Assembly (NCBI GenBank): GCA_002788675.1
Contig: PFRS01000005.1
Coordinates: 3,731 to 67,730, forward strand
DNA from: Candidatus Pacebacteria bacterium CG_4_9_14_0_2_um_filter_40_15
GTDB taxonomy: Bacteria > Patescibacteriota > Microgenomatia > UBA1400 > PJMF01
DNA: 64,000 nucleotides
Direction of reading: 5' to 3'
This document shows, in pieces, positions 38,674 to 48,174 of this stretch. The notes beneath the pieces are model-generated. The model was not told the DNA's origin, ran no database searches, and saw only the letters and a program-made list of their open reading frames with translations. Every line of letters begins with the position of its first letter. The stretch's first letter is position 1. A program made the position numbers and the translations under genes.

Positions 38674-39804
38674 ATGAAAAAATTGAACAAGACATTTTTA
38701 CTTTCACTTAGCGTGCTTATTGCATTATTAGTTACTTTACCAGTGCTGTCCTTTCCAAGTTTCTTTCTGCAGAAATCAAATATGGATTCGTTTGGTCAAC
38801 TGTACGCTAATTCACAGTATGTAAAAGGAGAGGCTACACAACAACGAATTGATGATGCCACACTGTATATTTATGCTGGATATGCGTATGTTAAGGGCGA
38901 GGATCCAACAACCATTAACTTTGAACATCCTCCCCTAGGAAAATATATTTTAGGACTCTCTAACCTCCTCTTTGGGAATTCGTTACTACTCAATTTAGTC
39001 ATTTATGCTGCTTTTCTGGCCACATTTGCTTCGCTCGCACGACTTTTTACACAAAAGAACCTACTTATTCTTGGATCAGTTCTGTTTCTAGGAACAACTC
39101 GACTGATTTACGTTAATGTGGGCCAAGGGATGCTTGATATTTTTTCGACACTATTATTAATGCTGATTTTACGGCTACTTTTTTCATCAGTTGGTAGTTT
39201 TAAAAAATATGTTCTGACTGGTGTGCTTATCGGTGCGATTGCAGCCACCAAGTATGCATTTCCCTCAATTGGTCTCCCAATACTGCTTACTTTAGTTTGG
39301 GCAGCACTGTCAAAAGAGCTACTTATCAGTTTAGTTTCATTACCCATTGGAGCTCTGACATACTTAGCTAGTTATGTAGTGTATTTTTTAAATCATTCTT
39401 TAGTGGATTTTATAAGATTTGAATGGTTTCGACTCAAATGGTGGGTAGTTGATAGAAATATTCCACCTTTTTTAATTTTAAAAACATTATTTGTTGGTCA
39501 ATTTCAGGATTGGAGAATGCTGACTACTGTTAGATCATCTGTTTGGTCAATGAGCTGGCCTATTTTATTTGTTTCTCATTTCATCGGCCTTCTCTATGCT
39601 AAATTTGATAAAAGAATACTAATAATTATGGGGTATGCTTCTATCCAACTAGCAGTATATGCTGTCGGTTCAGCCTCGTATGATCGTTACTTAATTGGTC
39701 TCATTCCGCTCTGGTTGCTCGTTGTGGTTGCAGGTTTAGATAACTATTCGAAGAAACAGACAGTCTACTCTGCACTAAGCAAAAGTGTTAACAAAAAAAA
39801 GTAG
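38674..39804 (+). CDS. Compact GT-C glycosyltransferase with PMT-type HPPLGK motif
   Basis: IDDATLYIYAG...NFEHPPLGKY, MLDIF, ATKY; about 10 TM. Confidence 0.8.
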   Translation: MKKLNKTFLLSLSVLIALLVTLPVLSFPSFFLQKSNMDSFGQLYANSQYVKGEATQQRIDDATLYIYAGYAYVKGEDPTTINFEHPPLGKYILGLSNLLFGNSLLLNLVIYAAFLATFASLARLFTQKNLLILGSVLFLGTTRLIYVNVGQGMLDIFSTLLLMLILRLLFSSVGSFKKYVLTGVLIGAIAATKYAFPSIGLPILLTLVWAALSKELLISLVSLPIGALTYLASYVVYFLNHSLVDFIRFEWFRLKWWVVDRNIPPFLILKTLFVGQFQDWRMLTTVRSSVWSMSWPILFVSHFIGLLYAKFDKRILIIMGYASIQLAVYAVGSASYDRYLIGLIPLWLLVVVAGLDNYSKKQTVYSALSKSVNKKK

Positions 39805-41457
39805 TTACCATTTAGTCTTTGTACTGTCAAATATATAGAATTTTGGCTGTCTATCACTGCCGTACACAACGTAAACAGCCTTATCAAATGGCATAATGTC
39901 CTCAGGCGAAGTGACTAAGATTGTGTTTTCTCTTAGTAGATCACCTTCAACAAATGAATCCTGGAATAAGTACTTAATGAGTGAACCTCCATGATAATAT
40001 ATTGGACTCGTTTTTCGAGCAAAGAGTGCATATATGTATGGCTGACCATATTTTGAGGTAAAAATGATATTTTGCACTTCATGCTTTCCGTCTTTACCCG
40101 TTTCGTATGGAATCACATAGTTAAAAGCATCAATATATCCATCCTTAAAATCGTCAGCACTGTTTCGTGCAAAATTCTTAAAATAGTAACTGGAGTACTC
40201 GATGGTAAACAATGCATGCAATAAAATGAATGTTCCTACTATGAGTTGGAAGAATATCGTTTTTCTATTTCTAGAATCACGGAGCTTTTTAACCACAGCA
40301 TGATTTCCCGCAAAGCGGAGTAATTCTGCAATACCCAGTGTGGAAAACAATAGAAACCCAATTATAGCTGTTAAAGCTCTATTACTGTGTGGAACCTCTG
40401 TTGCCACTGCTGCTGGTAAAATTCCAAAAACAATACAGGCGCTTGCCAGACTAAACACCTGAAAAACATATTTTGGCAAAGTATTTTTTTTGAGTAGATT
40501 CCAGAGTATCCAAGAGACTACTCCTAAAACGAGCGCATATGTTGTTGGATAGAGCACTCCATGTACCCCATCACCATGTCGTTGCGTTGTTGTTTCGCCA
40601 AAAAGTAGAAAGTCGGGATGCAAATGAAGAAAGAATTGCTGAAGAGTAACCCATACACTTGTAAAAAATCCATAGCCTTGTGCAAATACCGTCACCCCGG
40701 CTCTCTCTAAACCATTTCTAAAGAGTAAGTCAAAAACCAACGGAATTAACATCACTGCACTAATCACAGAAGGAACAACTAAACGTGTAATATCTGAAAA
40801 AAATGTTTTGCGATGTTGCCACACTAAATAGAAACCCAAAAGTGGAACCGTAATCTTTGTACTATGGTAGGTATATAAAGATAAAATAAATAAAGCTACG
40901 CTTAAAGAAAGTAGTACAACAGTTCGATTTGTTTTTTTCCATGCTGTTAGAAAGAGATACACTCCCCAAATAACCATAGTAAGTGCTAAGCCAGATTCAA
41001 AACCCGTACGAGTAAAATGAATATGCCAAGGAGACACGGCTAAACTAAGTCCAAAGATCAGTGCTAATGCGGATCTATATTTACTCTCTTCAAAAAGGGA
41101 TCGTCCAAGGAGTATTGCACCGAACACAGCCATAATTCCTGAAAGAGCAAAAGGCAATCTGACTGCCCAAAGATTCATACCGAAAAGAACTGTAAAAAAT
41201 CCATTTAAGTAGATTGCAAAAGGAGCTTTATAGTCACCAAATGAACGAAAAGATATAGGTAAACGTGTTAACCACTCATCACGTCTAGTAGTCAAAACAG
41301 CATGCCCGTTATATCCAATTGCGGCTTCATCCCAAGTCATACCATGTGGAACTTCACCTAATTTATATGTACGGAGAAATGCAGCAATCAAAAGTATGCT
41401 TACAAAGCCTACTACATACCAATTTTTTCTTACAAACTGTTCTAGTGCTTTAATCAT
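39805..41457 (-). CDS. GT-C fold (ArnT-like) membrane glycosyltransferase
   Basis: MTWDEAAIGYNG...RDEW...FGDYKAP, AVRLP, SPWHIHFTRTGFES, TYHS, PHSNR. Confidence 0.88.
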   Translation of the reverse strand: MIKALEQFVRKNWYVVGFVSILLIAAFLRTYKLGEVPHGMTWDEAAIGYNGHAVLTTRRDEWLTRLPISFRSFGDYKAPFAIYLNGFFTVLFGMNLWAVRLPFALSGIMAVFGAILLGRSLFEESKYRSALALIFGLSLAVSPWHIHFTRTGFESGLALTMVIWGVYLFLTAWKKTNRTVVLLSLSVALFILSLYTYHSTKITVPLLGFYLVWQHRKTFFSDITRLVVPSVISAVMLIPLVFDLLFRNGLERAGVTVFAQGYGFFTSVWVTLQQFFLHLHPDFLLFGETTTQRHGDGVHGVLYPTTYALVLGVVSWILWNLLKKNTLPKYVFQVFSLASACIVFGILPAAVATEVPHSNRALTAIIGFLLFSTLGIAELLRFAGNHAVVKKLRDSRNRKTIFFQLIVGTFILLHALFTIEYSSYYFKNFARNSADDFKDGYIDAFNYVIPYETGKDGKHEVQNIIFTSKYGQPYIYALFARKTSPIYYHGGSLIKYLFQDSFVEGDLLRENTILVTSPEDIMPFDKAVYVVYGSDRQPKFYIFDSTKTKW

Positions 41458-41502
41458 ACAATTGCCATCGTTACTGTTTACAGATACTATACAGTATATA
41501 GT

Positions 41503-43317
41503 ATGTTAAAGAAATTGACTTCTCTAGTTAGAACAAAAAATAGATTCTATTCTTCAAAGAAAGAAATATTTTTTTACGTTTTAGGCTTCTTTTTTTTTCT
41601 AGCAATTCGTACTGTTTCCATTCACAGCATTCCTAGCGTCATAAGTCATGATGAAATATACTACCCAGCTGAAGCTCGGGCTCTTGCTGTATCTGGACAT
41701 GATCCTTCAGGAATGTGGAATCCATGGTCATTAACTTCAGCACATCCTTTGTACGCAGAATTACCCGGTGTCGTAATGACTCCAGCGGCACTATTATTTA
41801 AAGATCCTATTCTCGCTGCCAAAGCAACACACATTTTTCTTGGTACATTGTTATGTCTCGTTATAGCTGCATTCGCCTATCAAGTTACAAAGAATAAACA
41901 AATTGCTGGAATTGCGTTTATCTTGGCAGGTATTAATCCATGGCTCTTTCAATTCTCAAGAATGGGATTTGATGCAGTATTTAGCCTCTTCTTTTTACTC
42001 AGTGGTGTTACTGTCTATCTCGCTAGCTCTTCAACTAGAAAAATCTGGTCTCTTCCTTTCTTTTTTATTGGTTTTTTCCAATATCAGGGATTCAAAGTAC
42101 TTTTTGTTCCTCTGATTTTTGCTACAGTTCTATTTGACCTCTATTCTCAAGATCCTAAATCTATATGGAGAACACTTAAAAAGAAGTTTTTAACACGAGA
42201 TATATCTTCGCTCATTCCCGCTATAGTTGTGATCACTTTTACTTTGGCGCTTTTTGGCACGTATATGGTCAGATTATCATCACAAGCCGCTGGTCAACGG
42301 AGTGCTGACCTCATTTTTACCGACATAGATTATATATCCACCCAAACTAATATTGATCGCCAACAAACTTTTAGTTCGCCTGTCACATCATATTTTATTA
42401 ATAAGGGAACTGCAATTTTTGATCGTTTTATTTCTCAATACTTTGAATCATTTTCATGGCATCATCTTTTTATTACTGGTGAACCACTACGGAATCCATT
42501 CTCCGTTTGGAAACACGGTATGTTCTACCTACTTGATATTGTCCTTATTATTATGGGTGCGACGTACATTGCCATTCAAAAGAAAGTGTCCTATTCCGGG
42601 GTCTTTTTAGGGTTCTTAGTTTTAATAGCACCCCTAGCTGGGGCACTAAACGCTAAAGGCTCATGGATCATGTTCCGATCAAGTCTGTTAATTCCATTAT
42701 TTATTGTTTTCGCTGCATCTGGATTGTGGTGGCTTAATCGATTAGTTCCCAAAATGCTTACTGTATTATTTGTATGTATGTACATAGTTTTTGTAGCCAG
42801 ATTCTTTTTTATGTACTTTTTTAGCTATCCCATCATCGGCACTCAAGGCGAGTACTTTAGTGAACGACTTATTGCTAGCTATATTCAAAGAAATCCTGAA
42901 AATCAAATTCTAGTCTATGCAAGTGAACCAAGATTTATGTTCGAATCAATTTTGGTGTATACAAACGCAATTAGTAAAAATTCAATAGATAATGTGCACG
43001 CAGCTTATATTGGAGAAGACTTCTCACATAACAATTTTAAAGTCCTTAACAAATGCTACGAGCCCAGCAATGATCCAAATGTAATCTCAATTGTAAATCA
43101 AGCAACACAGCCATGTAACAATCAGCAAAATGAAAAGAGTACTACAACAACATCTATACCTTCACTAATAGATAGTGGTGCTCTGTTCACTATTCATAAT
43201 GATACTCTCTGTTCACAATATCCATTGAATACTTTTAGCCATGTGACTAAAAATCTTTTTAATGTCGAATCATTAACTGATCAAATGTATTGTTCAACAT
43301 TTATTATTCGAAATTAA
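41503..43317 (+). CDS. GT-C fold membrane glycosyltransferase, paralogue of 25439
   Basis: ISHDEIYY, HPLYAE, NPWLFQFSR, GFFQYQGFK, FSVWKHG; Cys-containing C-terminal domain. Confidence 0.82.
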   Translation: MLKKLTSLVRTKNRFYSSKKEIFFYVLGFFFFLAIRTVSIHSIPSVISHDEIYYPAEARALAVSGHDPSGMWNPWSLTSAHPLYAELPGVVMTPAALLFKDPILAAKATHIFLGTLLCLVIAAFAYQVTKNKQIAGIAFILAGINPWLFQFSRMGFDAVFSLFFLLSGVTVYLASSSTRKIWSLPFFFIGFFQYQGFKVLFVPLIFATVLFDLYSQDPKSIWRTLKKKFLTRDISSLIPAIVVITFTLALFGTYMVRLSSQAAGQRSADLIFTDIDYISTQTNIDRQQTFSSPVTSYFINKGTAIFDRFISQYFESFSWHHLFITGEPLRNPFSVWKHGMFYLLDIVLIIMGATYIAIQKKVSYSGVFLGFLVLIAPLAGALNAKGSWIMFRSSLLIPLFIVFAASGLWWLNRLVPKMLTVLFVCMYIVFVARFFFMYFFSYPIIGTQGEYFSERLIASYIQRNPENQILVYASEPRFMFESILVYTNAISKNSIDNVHAAYIGEDFSHNNFKVLNKCYEPSNDPNVISIVNQATQPCNNQQNEKSTTTTSIPSLIDSGALFTIHNDTLCSQYPLNTFSHVTKNLFNVESLTDQMYCSTFIIRN

Positions 43318-43584
43318 TCTGAGTTTTTGAACTCGCGATAGTTTTTTTATTTCAGCTTCTCTTATAGTAGCTGCTGAACGATCTGTTGCATCTTCAGTGT
43401 AAACAACAGTAACTGGCAAATGACTCCGTGTATATTTTGCTCCTTTTGCAGTCCTATGTTGTAATAACCTACGCTCAACATTTGTGGTGATCCCTGTATA
43501 AAGTGACCCATCTCCACATTGAAGTATATAGACTACCCAAACTGATGATGTAGCATTTTTTTTAGTTGATACAGCTAAAACCAT
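43294..43584 (-). CDS. GIY-YIG nuclease family protein (UPF0213, YhbQ/YazA-like)
   Basis: WVVYILQCGDGSLYTGITTNVERRLLQH...GAKYTR...REAEIKKLSR. Confidence 0.93.
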   Translation of the reverse strand: MVLAVSTKKNATSSVWVVYILQCGDGSLYTGITTNVERRLLQHRTAKGAKYTRSHLPVTVVYTEDATDRSAATIREAEIKKLSRVQKLRLISNNKC

Positions 43585-44444
43585 AAATGTGAAAGTTTAA
43601 AAAACCAATATGGTTTCCAAAGAAGATAGAGTAAATATTGATGAAAAGTAACGTGTTTTAGTAAGAATTTCGTACCATTTTTAAGAGACATTGTATCAAT
43701 TCGAGTTTGACCAAAAACATCGAGATTAGTTGACTCGTGTTTGTGAAAAACTACGGCCTGTTCTTCAAAAAGAACTTTCCAACCCTTTTTTCGAGCTCTG
43801 AAGGACAAGTCTATATCTTCCCAATATGCTGGATAGAATCGTTTGTCAAATCCACCAAGTAATATCCATTTATCTTTATCAAAGAGACCACTTCCCCCGC
43901 TTACCCAGGCAGTCTCACCCGATGTCATTTGCCTTGCTTTTGAATGGATAAATCGTCCTCGTTCAAACCATAAGTTATTTCTACCACTCACCTCGCCATC
44001 TTCGTTCTGTTCAAACTCTTTACAACCAACGGCAAAACATTCAGCATCATCAAAGTAAGGTAACAAAAAATCTAATACGTTACTTTTGGGAGATACGTCA
44101 TTATTTAGCAGAAAAATAACATCTTTCGAAGCTAAAAGTACGCCTAAGTTGCAAGCCCCAGCAAAACGTACATTTTCTTCTGTAGATATTACCTTCATCA
44201 CAGGTGAATTGCTTTTTCCCACAGTTCCTGTAAGCACATTTTTTTCATCGGATTCTGATAGTGCATATTCATTACTGAGATATTCAAGTGTTTGATCTGC
44301 ACTACAATCATTGACTATAATCAGTTCATCCGTAGGACGCATGCAAGCGATCACAGCTGGTAGGTGTTTTTGTAATAAATGTTTCCCATTATATGTTGGA
44401 ATAACAATGCTTACTGTTTTGGTTGGTAGTTCAAGCTCTGTCAT
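43575..44444 (-). CDS. GT2 glycosyltransferase (rhamnosyltransferase-like)
   Basis: SIVIPTYNG, FAGACNLG, LLNNDV, GGFDKRFYPAYWEDIDLSFRA. Confidence 0.9.
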   Translation of the reverse strand: MTELELPTKTVSIVIPTYNGKHLLQKHLPAVIACMRPTDELIIVNDCSADQTLEYLSNEYALSESDEKNVLTGTVGKSNSPVMKVISTEENVRFAGACNLGVLLASKDVIFLLNNDVSPKSNVLDFLLPYFDDAECFAVGCKEFEQNEDGEVSGRNNLWFERGRFIHSKARQMTSGETAWVSGGSGLFDKDKWILLGGFDKRFYPAYWEDIDLSFRARKKGWKVLFEEQAVVFHKHESTNLDVFGQTRIDTMSLKNGTKFLLKHVTFHQYLLYLLWKPYWFFKLSHLWF

Positions 44445-45520
44445 GAGAAAAGCTCTTTCACTTTAGCGCTAAATACTTCTTCAGAAAATCGTTCAGCTTC
44501 GATACGCACTTTGTCTTTAAGAGTATCAAGTTTTTTTTGATCCTTTAATACCTCAGCCGTTAAAGCAATACACTGTTCTTTTGTTGACCAGGATAGTTCT
44601 TTGACTAATGTACCCAGTACTTCAGGCTGACCACCTTTTGAATGCACAAATGGAACCGCTCCATAAGCCATAGCCTCGACTGTTGTAATACCAAAGTGTT
44701 CAACTTTTTCAGGATGAGTAGTTTCATCTATCTCAAATCCTGTAGCATGCCAATAAATACTGGCTTGCTTATATGCATCTTTTAACTCTTTGAGTGATGC
44801 ATTAGGAACAAACTCAATAGGTAGATCTTTTGCTTCTACTTTTAATGAATCAAAATACTCCTGGTCCTCAACTTGACCAATCAAAACAAGTTTCCACCCC
44901 TTAGTTCTAGTTGGATGTCTTCGTAATAACTCTTTAAAGATATCAATAATCACATCCTGACGTTTAGCATGTAATTGCTTAAAGAATCGACCAACATGCA
45001 GAATAATTTTTTCTTTTTGTTTTGGAATACGCGAAGGCACACTAACTTTTGGATTCAGAACTAAATCAATATGGGTATTCCACGATGCTTCAATAATCTT
45101 TTTAGTAAACTCAGAATTAGTGTTTTTGCTCTGCCAATTAGCTAACTTCAGACGCTCAATAAGTATTGATTTATCAAGCAATAATGGAACTTGAATGTGT
45201 AAGTAGTTTTTTTTGGCAAAACTAAAAAAAAGGCTTCCATCTGTTACATAGTACAAACTATCAAACCGTGAAGTCCAGGCAAGTTTTTCCAAAAATCCAC
45301 CAGCATATAAAGGAGAACTGATAAACTCAAGTGCTGATAAACTCTCACCTATGAATGATTCATATTTTTGAATGATTGTTGATCTGTCTTCCAGGGTTTC
45401 TGGTGGCAGTGCTATAGCAACAGAATGTGACTTGGATGCCTCTAGAGCTACATCAAAGAAATGTTTTTCGCCACCACCTCGGTGTTTGGGCACATATGGT
45501 GAGAAAAAACAAATTTTCAT
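44441..45520 (-). CDS. GT4 glycosyltransferase
   Basis: GGGEKH, VGRFF, KRQD, EHFGITTVEAM, GGQPE. Confidence 0.9.
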   Translation of the reverse strand: MKICFFSPYVPKHRGGGEKHFFDVALEASKSHSVAIALPPETLEDRSTIIQKYESFIGESLSALEFISSPLYAGGFLEKLAWTSRFDSLYYVTDGSLFFSFAKKNYLHIQVPLLLDKSILIERLKLANWQSKNTNSEFTKKIIEASWNTHIDLVLNPKVSVPSRIPKQKEKIILHVGRFFKQLHAKRQDVIIDIFKELLRRHPTRTKGWKLVLIGQVEDQEYFDSLKVEAKDLPIEFVPNASLKELKDAYKQASIYWHATGFEIDETTHPEKVEHFGITTVEAMAYGAVPFVHSKGGQPEVLGTLVKELSWSTKEQCIALTAEVLKDQKKLDTLKDKVRIEAERFSEEVFSAKVKELFS

Positions 45521-46344
45521 GAATCATTCTTCCATTTTTTTGAAATTTCTTCTTCTAGATGTGCATATCGCTCAGGAATTGATGGTTTTTGTTGAAACTC
45601 CCAAATTTGAATGTATATCCACATTCGATTAATAGCCTGCACAAGTGATTCAATTAGTCCTGCAGTACCATCTTTATATCCTTGATCTCGAATTGCTCGG
45701 CGCCAAAATTCCATGACTCCTTTTCTGAGTATTGTTTTAAAGAATACAGGTGCTGTTTTTGCCTCTATAAATGCAGTAGCTTCTTTTGGAGTCCATTCAG
45801 CACTTTTTTTAAGGTTGTCTACGACTGACCTATGAGTAAGGTGTATTAAAGGAGAAACAATCCTCAGTTCTTCTCCATTCCATTCTGCACTTTCATGAAT
45901 ATCACCAGACCAACCAGTAAGAGCTGAACGTTTAAAAGCTCGCGTAACTTGATCGTGTTGCCAACCTCCATGTGCAAATGCATGTCCAAAGAAATAGTTT
46001 TTGCGTTGCAAAGTAAGTGCTGAAGCAGTTCCAGTCTCAATAGTAACCAATAACTCTTTTGCTAACGTTGGGGTAACTCTCTCATCAGCATCTATATACA
46101 AAATCCAGTCTGTCTCGACATGCTTTATGGCTTCTTCTCTAACACGAGCAAATGAAGATGAAGTAAATAGAATAACCTTAGCTCCAGCTGTTTCTGCTAT
46201 TTTATTTGTGCTATCTGTGGAGCCATTATTAATGACGAGAATCTCATCACACCATCTAAGTGTTTCAATACAGGCAGCAATCATCTTTTCTTCATTGCGA
46301 GCAATGATTACAGCTGTGACTGATGGTTTTTTTAGGGTACTCAT
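45517..46344 (-). CDS. GT2 glycosyltransferase (WaaE-like)
   Basis: IIARNEE, WILYIDADER, GGWQHD, IHES. Confidence 0.88.
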   Translation of the reverse strand: MSTLKKPSVTAVIIARNEEKMIAACIETLRWCDEILVINNGSTDSTNKIAETAGAKVILFTSSSFARVREEAIKHVETDWILYIDADERVTPTLAKELLVTIETGTASALTLQRKNYFFGHAFAHGGWQHDQVTRAFKRSALTGWSGDIHESAEWNGEELRIVSPLIHLTHRSVVDNLKKSAEWTPKEATAFIEAKTAPVFFKTILRKGVMEFWRRAIRDQGYKDGTAGLIESLVQAINRMWIYIQIWEFQQKPSIPERYAHLEEEISKKWKNDS

Positions 46345-47255
46345 ACAATTGGTTGCTTTCCAAACCTTCTAAACAAGAAGTGCAAAACTGCTGTTTTTTG
46401 GTAGTTTGTACCAGTTAGTAAATACTGAAGTAACACTCTAAGTCCCACAAGCTTACTTTTGTTTCCACCATGTTTAAACGCAAACAAAAGTCTGTTTCTA
46501 GCTATATAATAATTGTGCACACTGGATCCTGCTCCACCACTTGATCCAGCATTTTTATGCCACACAACAGCTTCTGGACAGAACCCTATGCCATACCTTG
46601 CATCATGTGCTCGAACACTCAGATCAACATCTTCAAAGTAAAGAAAGTATCGTTTGTCAAATGTACCAACTTTTTCAAGCACTTCTCGCTTGATAAGAAC
46701 ACAGCAACCTGTAGCAAAATCTGAATCAGAAAATGTATCAAATTGACCTCTATCAACTTCATCCACTCCTCTATGGAAAGCAGCTAAGTTGGGCCAATCA
46801 ATGCTCCCACCGGCATACCACAAAACACTTCCCAGTTGAGATCTGGAATAGCTCTTCTTATGATACTCATTTCCTTTATAAAAATAGATTTTAGGGCAAA
46901 TAAGACCATACTCTGAATGGTCTTCGCTACAATCAATCAATTTTTGTAAAAAATGAGGTTCAACAACAGTATCATTGTTAAGCAACAGTGTGTAATCAGA
47001 ATTATATTTTTCAATGGCGTAATAAATACCCAAATTATTTCCACCAGTAAATCCTAGATTAGCTTCACTTCTCACAACCTCAAATTTTTTATTAGAGGTA
47101 AGAGTTCTTGGTAATGAGTACGACTCCATTGAGCCATTGTCAACGACAACAACATTATATGAAAAACCCTTTGTTTTGAGCACACTCAAAGACTTGAGGC
47201 ACTCATCTGTGTCACTCTTGGTATTATAATTTATAAGTATTAAACTAATGTGCAT
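46341..47255 (-). CDS. GT2 glycosyltransferase (WbbL/rhamnosyltransferase-like)
   Basis: VDNGS, NLGFTGGNNLG, LLNNDT, ATGCC, FLYFEDVDLS, RNRLLF. Confidence 0.9.
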   Translation of the reverse strand: MHISLILINYNTKSDTDECLKSLSVLKTKGFSYNVVVVDNGSMESYSLPRTLTSNKKFEVVRSEANLGFTGGNNLGIYYAIEKYNSDYTLLLNNDTVVEPHFLQKLIDCSEDHSEYGLICPKIYFYKGNEYHKKSYSRSQLGSVLWYAGGSIDWPNLAAFHRGVDEVDRGQFDTFSDSDFATGCCVLIKREVLEKVGTFDKRYFLYFEDVDLSVRAHDARYGIGFCPEAVVWHKNAGSSGGAGSSVHNYYIARNRLLFAFKHGGNKSKLVGLRVLLQYLLTGTNYQKTAVLHFLFRRFGKQPIV

Positions 47256-47266
47256 ATAAATGCGTA

Positions 47267-48172
47267 CTATATTCCTATTTTTCTTTTAATTCTCGCTATT
47301 ACTTTTTGAATTGGTGAACCATGTTCGATTTCGTAAGCATACGTCCAGTATACGAGTGAACGTTGAAATTCTTTAAGTGCTGTAAGCGTTTCTTTTTCAG
47401 TTGCAGAGTGTTGCTTAAAACCTCGTTGTTCCCATTTTTTCAGGATAACTAACACTTGGTAAAAACTTTGCAGAAAACTGAGTCCTACACCATGCATACC
47501 TTCTTGGATGCCATCATGTGAAAATAATCTTCTGAGCAGTTCATCTCTAAAAGAAGTGATCACCATGGCAGTAGTCATGGGCACATCACTATCGTTATTT
47601 GCTTCAATATCAGTATATCGATTCATACGATCAACAAATTGTGAAACGCTCTGATAATTATGATGTTTAATTGCAATTTCCGGCATTGCTTGGAGATACT
47701 CACTTGTTCCTGCAACTGTAGGTACAGAATGAATTTTATCACTCCAAGTAACCACACCTTTTTTAAAAAGCCTAAGTTGATGATCTGGCCACCAACCCGT
47801 TTTTCTCATTTCATACCCAAAAACTTCATTTGAACGAGGGATGTAGTACGCATCAAAGGTAGGCTCAGTCAAAATATCCTTGATCTTTAATTGGAGTCCA
47901 TTGGGAATCTCCTCGTCTGCATCTAAGATCAGAATCCAGTCAGAAGTTGCTTTTTCAATTGCAAAGTTTCTTGCTGGTTCAACATAGCCAATATCTTCAA
48001 ACATAAAAATTTTATTTGTAAACTTCTTGGCAATTTTTTGCGTAGCATCGGTACTATGCATGTCAACAATAATGATCTCGTCAGCAAAGGCAGCAGATGC
48101 TAAAGCTAACTCTAAGAACTTTTCTGAGTTCATTGTGTTAACCACTACCGAAAGTGATGGTGTGTTTTGCAT
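47267..48172 (-). CDS. GT2 glycosyltransferase (WaaE-like)
   Basis: VDMHSTD, VEPARNFAI, LILDADE, WWPDHQLRLF, RMNRYT. Confidence 0.88.
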   Translation of the reverse strand: MQNTPSLSVVVNTMNSEKFLELALASAAFADEIIIVDMHSTDATQKIAKKFTNKIFMFEDIGYVEPARNFAIEKATSDWILILDADEEIPNGLQLKIKDILTEPTFDAYYIPRSNEVFGYEMRKTGWWPDHQLRLFKKGVVTWSDKIHSVPTVAGTSEYLQAMPEIAIKHHNYQSVSQFVDRMNRYTDIEANNDSDVPMTTAMVITSFRDELLRRLFSHDGIQEGMHGVGLSFLQSFYQVLVILKKWEQRGFKQHSATEKETLTALKEFQRSLVYWTYAYEIEHGSPIQKVIARIKRKIGI

Positions 48173-48174
48173 AC

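Noticed and set aside
41590-41598. T9/A9 homopolymers in GT genes (also near 21369 and 49729) as phase-variation tracts
   Set aside because: Frames are intact, runs of 8-9 A/T are common in this AT-rich sequence, and there are no long G/C tracts or SSR arrays.
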